Shown here: positions 24,128 to 36,478 of the stretch, piece after piece
Numbering within the stretch: position 1 is the first letter of the stretch
How the letters are laid out: every line of letters starts with the position of its first letter
Assembly (NCBI GenBank): GCA_964247055.1
Contig: OZ176050.1
Span: forward strand, 1,984,001 to 2,048,000
Reading direction: 5' to 3'
From: Paragordius varius
Taxonomy: Eukaryota; Animalia; Nematomorpha
Length of the DNA: 64,000 bases
Notes under the pieces: model-generated
The model's database searches: none
The model's input: only the letters and a program-made list of their open reading frames with translations
What the model was told of the DNA's origin: nothing
Translations under genes and position numbers: made by a program

Positions 24128-24696
24128 TTTACACTTGAATACAACAATTCATAGTCATTCGATTCGGATTGGGGTAGATAGATATCAAGCTTGTTTAAAA
24201 TTAAGTATTTCAAAAAATATGGAATAATTTAAAATCATGGGAAAGGTTTGCACTTATATATTAATGAACCGAAATAAAATAAATTCATTTAAAATTACTT
24301 GATAATACTTATTCCGAGGTAAAACCCAAAGGTAAAAATTTAGCCAACATGACATGTGCGCATAGATAAATATAAAAATATTGCAAAAAATACCACTTTT
24401 ACAGTTTATAATGTTAAATGTGATTTTGATAAAAATATTAATTTTTTAGACTTAAAATCAAATAAACACGATATTTTGCAAAAATGTTTAATAATAAAAA
24501 TGGCGTTCATCTAGTTTGATACGGAACTTTTTTCCCAATAAATATTAATTAGATTTTGTGGTTAATTTATATAATTATTATTAGGATAAAAGCATAAATT
24601 TGAATTGGAACCGTTTCTTTTAGAGTTTGGTTAAAAATTTTAACTAAAAATATTGTCTGGGGTAATTAAGCATCCCAATTTAAATCAAAGTGTTAA
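24128..24696. mobile_element. MITE family A copy 4
   Basis: TTTA at 24128-24131 and TTAA at 24693-24696; copy 1 orientation. Confidence 0.75.
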
Positions 24697-24719
24697 GATA
24701 TTTTGGCTTATTTATATAA

Positions 24720-25700
24720 TTACTAGCGTAAATCTCGTGTAGCGACGCAGCCCGAGGAAGTCCTTCGGACTTCTGGGGGGAGGGGGGGAATGGCATTTTA
24801 ATGGGGGAGCGGGTAAAAAATGGGCCTAAATCAAAAAGGTGAGACGACTATGTTCGGCGCAATCGAGAATAAGTAAACAAAAATCATATTTAAAATTGAA
24901 TGGACCAACACGTTCTCTAGAAAATTGTCTCAAAGACACGATTTTTGTGGACTTCTGTTTTCAAAAAACCCGTTTTTCACACGAGGTGGGCCCGAACTTG
25001 GGGCCTATTTCAAAAAACGGGCGAAGCTATTGTCGTGGCATTCATTAACACTTCGATTCAAATTGGGGTATCTAAATACCCCAGACTAAATATAAATTAA
25101 TATTTTTATGAAACTACCGAAGAAAACGGTCCCAATTTAAATTTATGCTTCTATCCTGATAAAAATTATATAAATATGCCAAAATATCTTGATAAAATTT
25201 TGTTTTGAAAAAAAAGTTCCATCTCAAACTTCGACGCCATTTTTATTTTACAAAATTTTTGCAAAATATCGTCTTCATTTAATTTTAAGGGTAAAACTAA
25301 AGCTTATTTTTTATATAAATTACATTTAACATTGATAGAAATAGAAAAAGCGGTTTTATTTTTATTATTTTTTAATTTTATCATTTGACACATGTCAGGT
25401 TGACGAAATTTTTACCTTTCGGTTTTAACTTAAATTAAGTAATATCAAGTATTTTTTAACAAAATTTTTTATATATTTCGATTTATTAATGTTATAAAAG
25501 TGCAAAATTTTACCATAATTTTGATTCATTCCATACTTTTTAAATTATTTGATTTTAAACAGGCCTGGGGTATCCAACTACCCCAATTTGAATCGAAGGA
25601 CTAAAATGAGTGTCTTGTATCCAAGTGTTAATGATTATATTTTTTCGAAGTTTGGATTTGAATGGGTCAACCGGTTTTCCGGTACCAGATCACAAAGCCA
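24720..25700 (-). mobile_element. Possible non-autonomous Helitron-like element, interrupted by MITE copy 5
   Basis: GC-richer segment whose minus strand ends in a GC-rich partial hairpin followed by CTAGT (24720-24760); similar composition resumes after the TTAA-flanked MITE. Class assignment is weak. Confidence 0.3.
25045..25631. mobile_element. MITE family A copy 5 (best preserved)
   Basis: TTAA at 25045-25048 and 25628-25631; left end CACTTCGATTCAAATTGGGGTA, right end TACCCCAATTTGAATCGAAG + ~24-nt spacer + AAGTG. Confidence 0.82.
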
Positions 25701-25747
25701 GCATTTTCCATTTTTATAAATATATAGATTTAGGGTAAAAGCCAAAT

Positions 25748-25835
25748 ATTAAATGGAACCGTTTTTTTCAGTAGTTTTTAAGCATATCAACTTAAATTTT
25801 GTCTTGGGTTACCCCAATATGAATCGAAATATTAA
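25748..25835. mobile_element. Terminal fragment of MITE family A
   Basis: aaatggaaccgtttttttcagtagttttt...accccaatatgaatcgaaatattaa matches the last ~90 nt of copies 1 and 4; ends ~110 bp before the SMC2 ATG. Confidence 0.55.
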
Positions 25836-25944
25836 GAAAAAAATATATATTCATTTTACCATATTTTAAAGCCATCTCCCATATTATAATGTATCGTTAG
25901 TTCTATTCATGCCATAATGCAGTATGTGAGCCGCTCAATTTAAA

Positions 25945-28900
25945 ATGTTTATTAAGGAAATTATAATTGATGGTTTTAAATCTTATCCACAACGTACGGA
26001 GGTTAAGAATTTTGATAGAGAATTTAATGCCATCACGGGATTGAATGGAAGTGGAAAGTCAAATATTTTGGATGCCATCTGTTTCGTATTAGGAATCACA
26101 AATTTGACGCAAGTAATTTTTTATTATTATATAAATGAGGTAAGGGTTAACAATCTGCAAGAACTTATATATAAAAATGGACAGGCTGGAATAATTAAAG
26201 CTTCTGTAACGCTTGTTTTTGATAATACTTATAAAGCGCAATCGCCCATTGGCATGGAAAATATGGATGAAATCATCATAACTCGTCAAGTATTTTATTA
26301 TTTTAATTAATAGATTGTAACCGGAGGGAAAAATAAATATCTGTTAAATGGCTATAATGCAAACAATGCTAGAATAAGTGATTTGTTTCGGTCAGTCAAT
26401 CTTAATGTCAACAATCCACATTTTTTGATCATGCAGGGTAGAATTACCAAAGTTTTGAACATGAAACCGATCGAAGTTTAATTTTATGCTTGATAGCCAA
26501 GATTTTAAGTCTTATCGAAGAAACAGTTGGAACGAAATTGTATGACAGCAAACGGAACGCTGCGCTTAAAATTATAGAAAAGAAGGATCTAAAATTGGAT
26601 GAGATTCACAAGGTTATTAATGATGAGATAATGCCATTACTAAGTAAGCTTAATGAGGATAAAAAGGCGTTTTTGGAATATCAAAAAATCTGCCAAAGTA
26701 TGGATCATACGGAAAAAATTTGCAAGGCATTAACTTTCACTACGCTTCAGGTTCAATAAAGTTACAAATTTTAGGAAAAAATACAAAAGTATCAAGGGCA
26801 ACTAGAACTAGACCAGGAAAATTTTATTTCCAAAAAGAATCAAGTTTCTCACATCGATGACCAATTGAAAATATTGGGAAACGAAATTCAAAATCTTGAG
26901 AATAATTTACAAAAGGTATATATATATATATATATACCCCTGTCGCTTAATAGTTATAGTTATACGTCTGCTTTTTAACTTTAATTTATCTATTTATCAT
27001 ATGTAACCATTTCCTCTAACTAGATAGTTATCGCCTTTACAATGTGTTTTGGATTTTTTGATTTTATATAAAACTAAGGTAAATATTTATTTTGGCTTAA
27101 CTTTCATGCTTTTGTGACATCTCCCATAATCCATTATTTTAGTTATATAAACTTGTATATCCTGTGAGCTGAACAGTTAAGGCGTATAACTTTAATACAA
27201 ATTCCTATGGCATGAAACACATTTTTATTAATTGGCCACGATCATTCGTTAATTTATATTGACAGTCGAATGAACCGTCAGAAAATATATAAAATCTGTT
27301 TGTTTATTGCAAAGCGTTCTGACTTTACCATTTGTTTTAATTTTTTAAACGAATTTGCTTTGTACATTTATTTCAATGGTTTTATAAAACTTTCTTGGAT
27401 ATTTTTCGGCGGGCAACCACCAAATTCTTTCTCCTAAAATCTTGTCAAACCTTTATTTTCTATATTAATCAAAAGTGGCGTTTAGTTTTTTGCTTTACGC
27501 TATGATTTTCTTGTCAACTTGGCTTATATTGGGTTTATACTTACTTATAAATCTGATTTCTTTCGATAGTTATATTTCTTGACTCTTTATTCATAGTTAT
27601 AAATAATTGCGGGTTCATTCGCACCTGACATTTATTCATTAATATTTTTAAACTTTAAAATGTTTTATAATGTCAGGATAAAGGCAACACCATAGTTAAT
27701 TTGGAAAATGCATTGAAAAAACTACAAATCGAACAAGCCAAATGTGAAAGCGCCCACAAAAACCAAAAACTTGTGGCGGAAAATGAAGCCCAAGAATTAG
27801 AATCTATTGGAAAATCGCTTGATGAGGTTTTTAATAAAATGGATCAGTCAAAGATAAATACTTTTTTTGTATAACTAAATTGAAAAAAAACAACATTTAA
27901 CGCAATCTCATTTCCATTAGTTAATAAAGTTTTATGAGAATATGCAAAAATATTGAATCAATTTAATTATCATCAAAATAAAAATCTTTTTCAAAATATC
28001 TCTAAATTGGGTAATTTCAAAACCGTTTCTGCCTTTTGTATATTAATTATAAAAATGTTTACTCAGTCATATAAAACTGGCCCAGTTTCGAATTGCATAT
28101 GGAAATTTAAACGTAATGAGGTAAAGTAAAAATTAAACTGTACGTTTTGGACAATGATAAAGTATTGTCTGTCCACAGCAATAAATAATATAAAAATGGT
28201 GTTGTTTTTTTATCAAATAATTGTTTTTTTATTCAATAAAACAATAATTAATATAATAATTTTACTGGGACATGTTTTGAAATTAATTTGCATTTATTTT
28301 TTTATTATTGTTTGTAAAAGTTGCTTGACTTATGTCATTTATAGTGTATTTAATATTTAGAAAGGTTTCAAATACACCATTTGTAATTTTCCCTTTAATT
28401 TATATAGAAATATAATCAAAATCTGTAGACTTTATATTCAACAGTTAAATGTGGGTAAAAGTATAATAATTCATATGATCTAAAAATAAGCTGTTATCCG
28501 TAATAGTTGTGGCCAATAATAAACAAACGTATATATACCGAGTAAAATTTTTGTCAAAAAATACAATTTAAATTTATTTTCACGAACTTACCATAAACCA
28601 ATCTGCCGAAATGAGGAATTCCGATGACTGCGTCCATAACTCATCTTTTTTTATAATACTTTCATCATTTCGTTATTGTTAAGACAAAGTATCCAATTTT
28701 ATAATGACGGATTTCATCCCACTCCGTCTTATCTTATTCGGCAGGAATTTTAAATATTTATTAATTGAATTTTATTTTAGCATTCGTTCATATTCGCAAT
28801 AACTTTTTTGACAAATGACAGATATTAATTAATTCCATACTTTACTTACTGTTGAAATGAAAGCTTTAAAAATTTATTTATCGTAAATAAGTTAACAATA

Positions 28901-31900
28901 TGATTAAAGGTATATTTCATAACCCCTTTTTGATAAAGATACACTGCAAATTATATCAGTCAGGCATTCTTTACTTTTAACAATGATAAAGTTGCAAATA
29001 TTATAAATTTAATTTCATCATATATCAAAATTTTGATCCCATTGTACATTTAAAACAATCGGTTTTAAACCTAGTTTTCAACATAATGACTTTTTACTGA
29101 GTATGATTTTAAATTTCAAAGGTATACCAGTGATTGGTCAAATTTATGTAGGCCAAGGAAACTAGGCCTGGCTGAGCATTAATGTTTTTTAAAGAGGGAT
29201 TTCTCTCTTATATGAACTCTTTGCTATTTTTGTTTTTTTTGGAAATTGTATCGCTATATGGTATACTTAAAGACAAATAATTTTTTGTCATTAGTTTTTT
29301 AACAAAATCCATGTTATGCCTGAGACGGCATATATGAATCGGGATCAGTACAGAAAAATTTTGTGCATCATCAACCGCTACTTCAGTAGTGCAATCAAAT
29401 GGATAATAACGATGATTAGATAAAAACAGCAATAATTATTTGTTATATTTCTACCACCATTTTAATATCCTCCCTCTGATGTGGAAGGACAATATTTTAT
29501 TCAAATATTTTATCTAGACACGTTTTAATATATTTGTACATTTTTTTATTTAATCTCAATTTAAAATATAAATTAAGTATATATCCTCGAAATATACGCT
29601 TGGTTTATGTATATATATTATATGTATATACGACAGGAAACGAAATTGAAAGAAGAGTTGTTAATAAGAGAAAAAGAACTGGGTCCCCAAATTAGTGTTT
29701 TGGAGAAAGCATTTGACCAATCTGAAGTTGCTTGCAAAAGAGCTCAAGAAGCTTTACAGACCTGTAGTACAGGCATTCTAATTTATCAAGCTGAAAATAC
29801 TGATAAGGAAAAGGAGGATTCTTCCATAGTTATTACATTAGCACAAAGATTAATGCGTATTTATTCATTACTTCACATATATTTATATAATTAAAGGCAA
29901 AATATAAAAAGTAAAAGTCCAGTATTTTCTTATAAACAATATTTTTTAAACATCTATAGTTTATACGTTGCGAAATAAGGAATAACACACGCTTTATATT
30001 TCACAATCGCAACCATAATAGTAATTACAGTAAAATTATTGATTAAAGAATATCTGTATAATAAAGGATTATCACAAATGACTTATATGATGGTATAGTA
30101 GGTTGGGCGCCGGACTCTAACACTGGGTTCCAGAGTTCGAACCCCCGACGCAATTATCACTGTCAGCCCTGAGCAGGAGAGTGTTAAAACCTTCACATGT
30201 CCGGATACAATATAAGTCTTTACCCTTTAATAAAAAAGGAAAGAAGAGACACTAAACTGTATATTTATCACAAATGACTTATAATATAATTGATAGCGAT
30301 CATATTAAATTATAATATGCCATAGAATTGAAGGCCAAACTGGCTGACCTCAAAAACGAACGCCAACAATCGAAAATGAAGTTGCAACACGCTCAATCCG
30401 TGTATTCGGGCGAGCTCGACAAAACAACAAACATCAGTCGCCAAAAGCATATGAAGAACACAGGAAAATCCATGGACCTTTTGCACAAAGAATTTGATGC
30501 TGATTGTAAACTCAAAACTACCATGGAAAATACGCTAAAAAACTTGAAAGTAAATTTTGCATTTGTAATTTCATTCACTTGAAAATTACAGTTTTTTCGT
30601 TTTAGAACAAATTTTTTCCAAAATTATTGTTTATATAGCTTTTTATTTCGAATTGCGGAGAAATGAGTGTAGTATTAAAACGAGATAAATTGCTCACCAA
30701 AATAATCGTAATTTTATTGTTCAGGCAGATATTGAGAATCACCCCTTCAGTCGTGACCCTGAACAGCAAAAAGCGCACTCCTCTAAAGAGATGGAACTCG
30801 CGACGCTCGAAACTTCTATCGATCAAACACGAAATCAATTAATGCTGAAACAAACGAATTATCCTTATTTGGTTTTTGAGCTTTTTATGATGAGTGAAAC
30901 CTCGCAAGCCGCTAAACAATTTTTGGGGGAGGGAAAAGGTGTGTATGGCAAAATAATTTCTTTGATTGATGAAGTCACTGACGCTTCTTACATTCGTGCT
31001 ATTGAGGTGGCCGCTGGAGGCAAGGTTAGACCACTTTATATTGTCACTAATAGATCGAAATAACTAAATTTTGATATTTTTATAAATATAATTTAAAAAA
31101 CCATGGTTATATGAGCACTATTTTGCATAGAGTTTGAAATTTTAACTGTAGAATCATCAGCCAAATTTTGTAAATGTAATAAATGCAATATTATGACATT
31201 TTAGCTTCATAATGTCGTGGTCGAAACTGAAAATATTGCAAAAGCCATCTTGCAAAGCAATCTTCTGACTCAAAGAACAACGTTTATACCATTAAACAAA
31301 ATTAACCCGCGAATTTTGGAGGCATCTGTCATCCGAAAAGCCATAGAAATTGTAATATGATTGTTGTGTTAAATTATGTTTGGTTTTTATCATATTAATA
31401 CATAAATATCAAAAAATTAGCAAACACAATCTTTGTTTTATATCGTTTTGACATCAAAGACCTAAACGCACTTTCATATTTTTTTTCAGGGAGGCGGTGA
31501 GGAATATGTAAAACCCATGCTTGATGTCATAAAATATGGGAAATGCTTGGACCCAAAACCCACAAGCAACAATTCAAAGAATGGGCGAAACTTGTTAACT
31601 CCGGCGTTTGAATTTGTTTTCGGGAACACGCTGTTATGCAAAAATTTGGAGATTGCCAAGCGAGTCGCTTTTAATCCCGCTGTTAGAAGTCGATGTGTCA
31701 CATTGGAAGGTGATGTAGTTGAACCGTACGGAACCATGTCTGGAGGTAACATCAATATATTAAGAATACTTTATTTGGTTAATTGAGAACAGAGGCTAGT
31801 TTAGATATTTTTCAAAAAGATTTACTTTAAAAGGAGTTTTTTCTCAAGGGGACTTGACCATGCATGAGGAAAATATTGGTCAACTTTAATTTTGAAATCT

Positions 31901-34900
31901 AACTACTGCCATCAGATAATAAAAAGGGTTTATCTCTATGACAGGTTAAAAAATTATAACGATGGCATCGCGCTTATGAATACAGTCATTAATGGACTAA
32001 GCTGGCTATACTAAATATGTATAATAATATTACTAATATAAATAAAGGTAACCGTTTAAATTAATTTAGTTTACTTAACATATTTTTATGACAGTAAATG
32101 TATGTTTTATATCAATTTGGTTATTTATTCTTGAGTGCTTTCATGAATGGTTGGAATTAACCTAAAATATATTAATAAATCTTTGGCTCACCAATCTGTA
32201 TTGTGTTTTAAGGCTACCATAACCCTTCAAGTTTTTCACCGCTGAGTATTGCTTTGGGAATAAATACAATTCGTGTCAAACTTCATGATTTGGAGCTTCA
32301 AAAACACAATTTGGTATCCTCTTTTAACCTGAGCAAAGAACTTCAGAAAAGGTATATGATTTTTTTAAAACGATAATATCTCAATTTAAATTTATTTTTA
32401 TTGACTTTTGCCTACATGCCAGTATTTTTATAAATCATATGTCGTATTTTCTAGATTAGAGGACTTGAACCGTTTATTACAACAAAAACAAAGGGAGAAA
32501 GATACACTTGACTTTAAAATCAAGAACAATCCACTTTATCAGGAGCGAATGGAATTGGAAAATACGAAAAAAATAATTGGTAATAATTATGATTTATGTT
32601 TTATAGTTGCAAATATAATTATGTATTATTTAAGATGTTTTTCTTTTGTGTGTTATGAAAAAAGTTATTTTTCCACCAAGCATCTGACCATCAATGCCAA
32701 AATTATACATAATCACTAGCGTATGGCATAAAACAATATTAGTCCATTAAAAAAACAAGGGGAGATTATGGATATGTGTATAATAGGCTTGTTTTTTTAT
32801 AAATAAATTTTTTTAATTATATGGACTAATAATGTTTTATGCCAAACGCTACTGTTATATATATATATATTAACAATTCATTATAAACATTTGTATGCTA
32901 TGGGCTTAAAACTTTGATTGTGAATCAGCACCAAGAGCTTTAATGCTATGTATGACACTGTTAAATTACCACAATAATATTAAAAAATATATCTGCGCTT
33001 CTAATTTGAAGTGATATACCAAACATATTGCAATAAGTATACATTTCTACTTTGAATTTACAAATATTTTAATTTTGAACATCTTATTTACAGATGAGGA
33101 AAGTGAAAAATTAAAAAATTGCGAAATCAATATTACTTGTGTAACGAAAGAAATTAATGAGCAGGAAAATAAATTGAAAAACAAAGATGAATACCACAAT
33201 CAACAAACACAAAAGGCAAAACAAATTTTAGATGAGGCCAAGATTGATATGGAAAAATGTAAATCGGCTTTAAAGCAACACAGAACCGTATGTGTTTTTA
33301 AAATATTTTTTGATTTATTTTTAACAATTAAAATAATTGCGATATTTTGTGATCTTATTAAAGAAAAAAATGCGAAAAATGTTTTATTTTTTTGTCATTT
33401 GATTCAATATACAGTGGATTTCCTCCTAAGGATCCCAATTTGGGAAAAAGTCATGGGTCATTATACCATCATAACCCTATTTAAAGTATATAAAATTGTG
33501 TTTTTAAAAAAATATTATTTTTTTAAACAATAAATAATGTTTAATCATATTCTACAGATATTTAAAATTAATTAAAAAACATTTTTTATTCGGTATTTTA
33601 CTCGAAATTCCGAAATAATCACAAACCAGTAAATTGATAACAAGGTGTTTTCGAATTCAACTTAAAAATCTTTTAAATTTCCATGATCAGCATATTATAT
33701 AGGGAGTTTAAAAAATGTTATTATGAGGGGGGTTAATTACATAAATATATAATCGTATCTTCCGACATTTATTATATATTTATTTTTTATTATGAATAAT
33801 AGGAGTTGGAGAAAATACAATTAAAAATTTCTGAATGTGAAACAAATATCGAAAATCTTCTTAAGCAACGAACTGACTCCGAGGAAAAAAAGAAATCTTT
33901 ACAAAAAACTCTCAATTCTCAAGCAGTAGAGTTGGAAAAGCTATCTGTAAATTATTGATATTTATAACTATTATAACTAATTTTTATTGTTTGTAGGATT
34001 AATATTTTAGTGACTTAATTTTCCAAAAATTATGGATTGTTAAATGCAACATTGGAAATGAATATTTTTTAATTGTGCGGATGAAAGTTTAATATTATGT
34101 TATACCCAATTTATATATCTTTCAGTGGTTAAATTAACTTTAAAATTAATGGATATTGCTATAAATTGATATTTGGTTTCTAATATTTTAGTAAAAAATA
34201 AGTTCCAGTTGGCTAGGATTGATGAGGCAACTATAAAATATTAATTTAAATAAAATTTTCCATTATTTATTTTATATTTATCAATCAACTACTTTCTCAT
34301 TTGTACTAAATAAATTATTCTCCTAGATAAAATATAACGAAATAAATTCGGAATTGGAACACGAAAAGACTGTTTTGATGGCCAATAATGCCGAATTAAC
34401 GAGCAAACAAAATGAAAAACGCACGCTTTTTAAACAAAAAGGCGAACTTGATCTTCTCATACAAAGAATGGAGAGAGAGTGTTCCGTCCTAAGCGATAAT
34501 TTAAATCACCTTAAAGAAACGGTAATTATATCTCATAATTTTAAATTTACGGTGTGAGCAAAAATCCTTCACTTTCTTTTAAAAACATTGGTACTTTTTG
34601 AGATATTTGTTGTAATTAAACCTGTATTCCGATTACCCGCTCTTATTTTTATAATCAATCGTATTTAATAGGGAGCGTTTAAAGAATATAACCTTTATAT
34701 GAGGGTTTATATAATAATTATATTGAATTTTAGTTGTAGTTTTTTTGGTTTTGATGGCGCAAATGTCATAATTAATATAAAATTAGATGGGAAAATTAAT
34801 GCGGGACCATAAATGGATTGAGCAGGAATCGATTTATTTTAGCAAACCCAATTCCATTTATGATTTCAGTGGATTAACTCTTGATGCTGTTGAGAAAAAA

Positions 34901-36244
34901 TTGGGTGATATGAAGGAACGGAAAAACAAACTTTCTCGATTAGCTAACAACAAAGCCTTAGTAATGCTTGAAACTGTGGAGGAAAAGGTTTGATCTTATT
35001 TCTACACATATTCTATTTTTATGTTTAAAAGGCATTTTTAATTTGTCTATTTGATTAGTACAAAGAGCTAATGACTAAAAAGATTACAATCTTGAATGAT
35101 AAACGAAAGATTGAAGATCTGATCAAGGAATTGGATGAAAAGAAGTCACAAGCAATAGAAAAAGCATACTTACAAGTGAATAAGGTAATTTTCTAAATAT
35201 TTACTTCATCTTCTTATATATAAAAATTTTATTTTTTACATTTCCATGTTGCATTAAGTAATTAGATTTATATAGTATTATTATTTTTAAGATTCTATAT
35301 AATTATAACCTATAAGTAATTTCCCAAATAGTAATTAATATATATAATTTAGGATTTTGCTTCCATATTTTCTACCCTTTTGCCTGGATCATCGGCTACT
35401 CTGTGCTTACCCGAAGGCAGTTCTACTATTCTGCAAGCTGGCTTAGAAATACGAGTCAGTTTCAATAATGTTTGGAAAGAGTCTCTTACTGAACTAAGTG
35501 GGGGTCAACGGTATAATTAGTTTGAAAATTATTTAACTTTGATCTGGAAAAATATTAAATTTTATTATGTGTTTCAGATCTCTTGTGGCGCTATCACTCA
35601 TCCTTTCGCTATTACTGTTTAAACCAGCTCCCATTTACATTTTGGATGAGATCGATGCTGCGTTAGACGATAGTCACACCCAAAATATTGGTTTAATGTT
35701 AAGCCGTCATTTCAAAAAATCACAGGTTCCTTCTAATACTATAGTTTGACTTGTCTTCTAGGTTTTAATGTTTTGGATAACTTTTTGAGTTCTATTTGCC
35801 ATATTAATCGCTGAAAACAAGAAACAAGATTATTCTTTTATAATTTCGGTTAAAACAATAATATTTTTATTTATTTATATAAAAAGCATAATAGGAGACC
35901 TGCACATTTAGATTTAAGTTGGATATAAAGAAAAAATGAAAATTATATATTATTTTAGCCTTTAATTGGTAAAAATATTATGGTGGCGATTATCGGGTAT
36001 AATTGTTTTTTTATAAATACTAGGAAATGCTCCTCTTTTATTAAGCAATCCTAAAAAACCTAAATTACTGATTCCATATATAGGAGTGATTGGTTTAGAA
36101 ATGTCTAAACTATATGTATAATATATTTTGTAGTTCATTGTAGTGTCTTTGAAAGATGGAATGTTTCAAAATGCCAACGTTTTATACCGAACACAACTTG
36201 TAGATGGCCGGTCTACCGTTACTCGTTACACTAAAAATAATTAA
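25945..36244 (+). CDS. SMC2: Structural maintenance of chromosomes protein 2 (condensin subunit), ~21 exons
   Basis: GFKSY, Walker [44 protein letters not shown], hinge EFVFG...[26 protein letters not shown], Walker [11 protein letters not shown]. Exons: 25945-26112, 26140-26289, 26314-26475, 26502-26750, 26775-26915, 27677-27826, 29637-29856, 30326-30549, 30725-31024, 31205-31351, 31490-31745, 32213-32351, 32455-32579, 33094-33287, 33803-33946, 34327-34521, 34787-34987, 35059-35184, 35353-35510, 35578-35725, 36134-36244. Confidence 0.95.
30069..30283 (+). mobile_element. tRNA-derived SINE with 19-bp target-site duplication in an SMC2 intron
   Basis: Pol III A-box-like TGGTATAGTAGG (30091-30102) and B-box GAGTTCGAACC (30133-30143); flanking direct repeat TTATCACAAATGACTTATA at 30069-30087 and 30265-30283; purine-rich tail. 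Confidence 0.75.
32714..32854. mobile_element. Small (~140 bp) MITE in an SMC2 intron
   Basis: ~34-bp TIRs: cactagcgtatggcataaaacaatattagtccat versus reverse complement of atggactaataatgttttatgccaaacgctactg (3 mismatches); no clear TSD. Confidence 0.6.
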
Positions 36245-36478
36245 TTTTTGTATAAATATATTATAATTTATTAATAAATATATAAATTATATCATCCAAA
36301 TCGTTTGTAGTTTTGTGCCCCTTGATTAATTTTGTGTTTGAGAGGACTAAAACGCCACAAATAACTTAAAATCACTAACAAGCACAGTGAGCACAAAATA
36401 ATCGTTAGTATGTAATTGGTATACATATAATGTTGACCCCAATCTAAAGTAAAATATGGATTATATAATTATCATATA

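Noticed and set aside
28600-29432. Possible Mutator-like transposase remnants in an SMC2 intron
   Set aside because: Only vague motif resemblance (ICRLRH); no TIRs or TSD identified; too weak to call.
30091-30155. tRNA gene
   Set aside because: A/B boxes are present but I could not fold a convincing cloverleaf acceptor stem; flanking 19-bp TSD and tail indicate a SINE.
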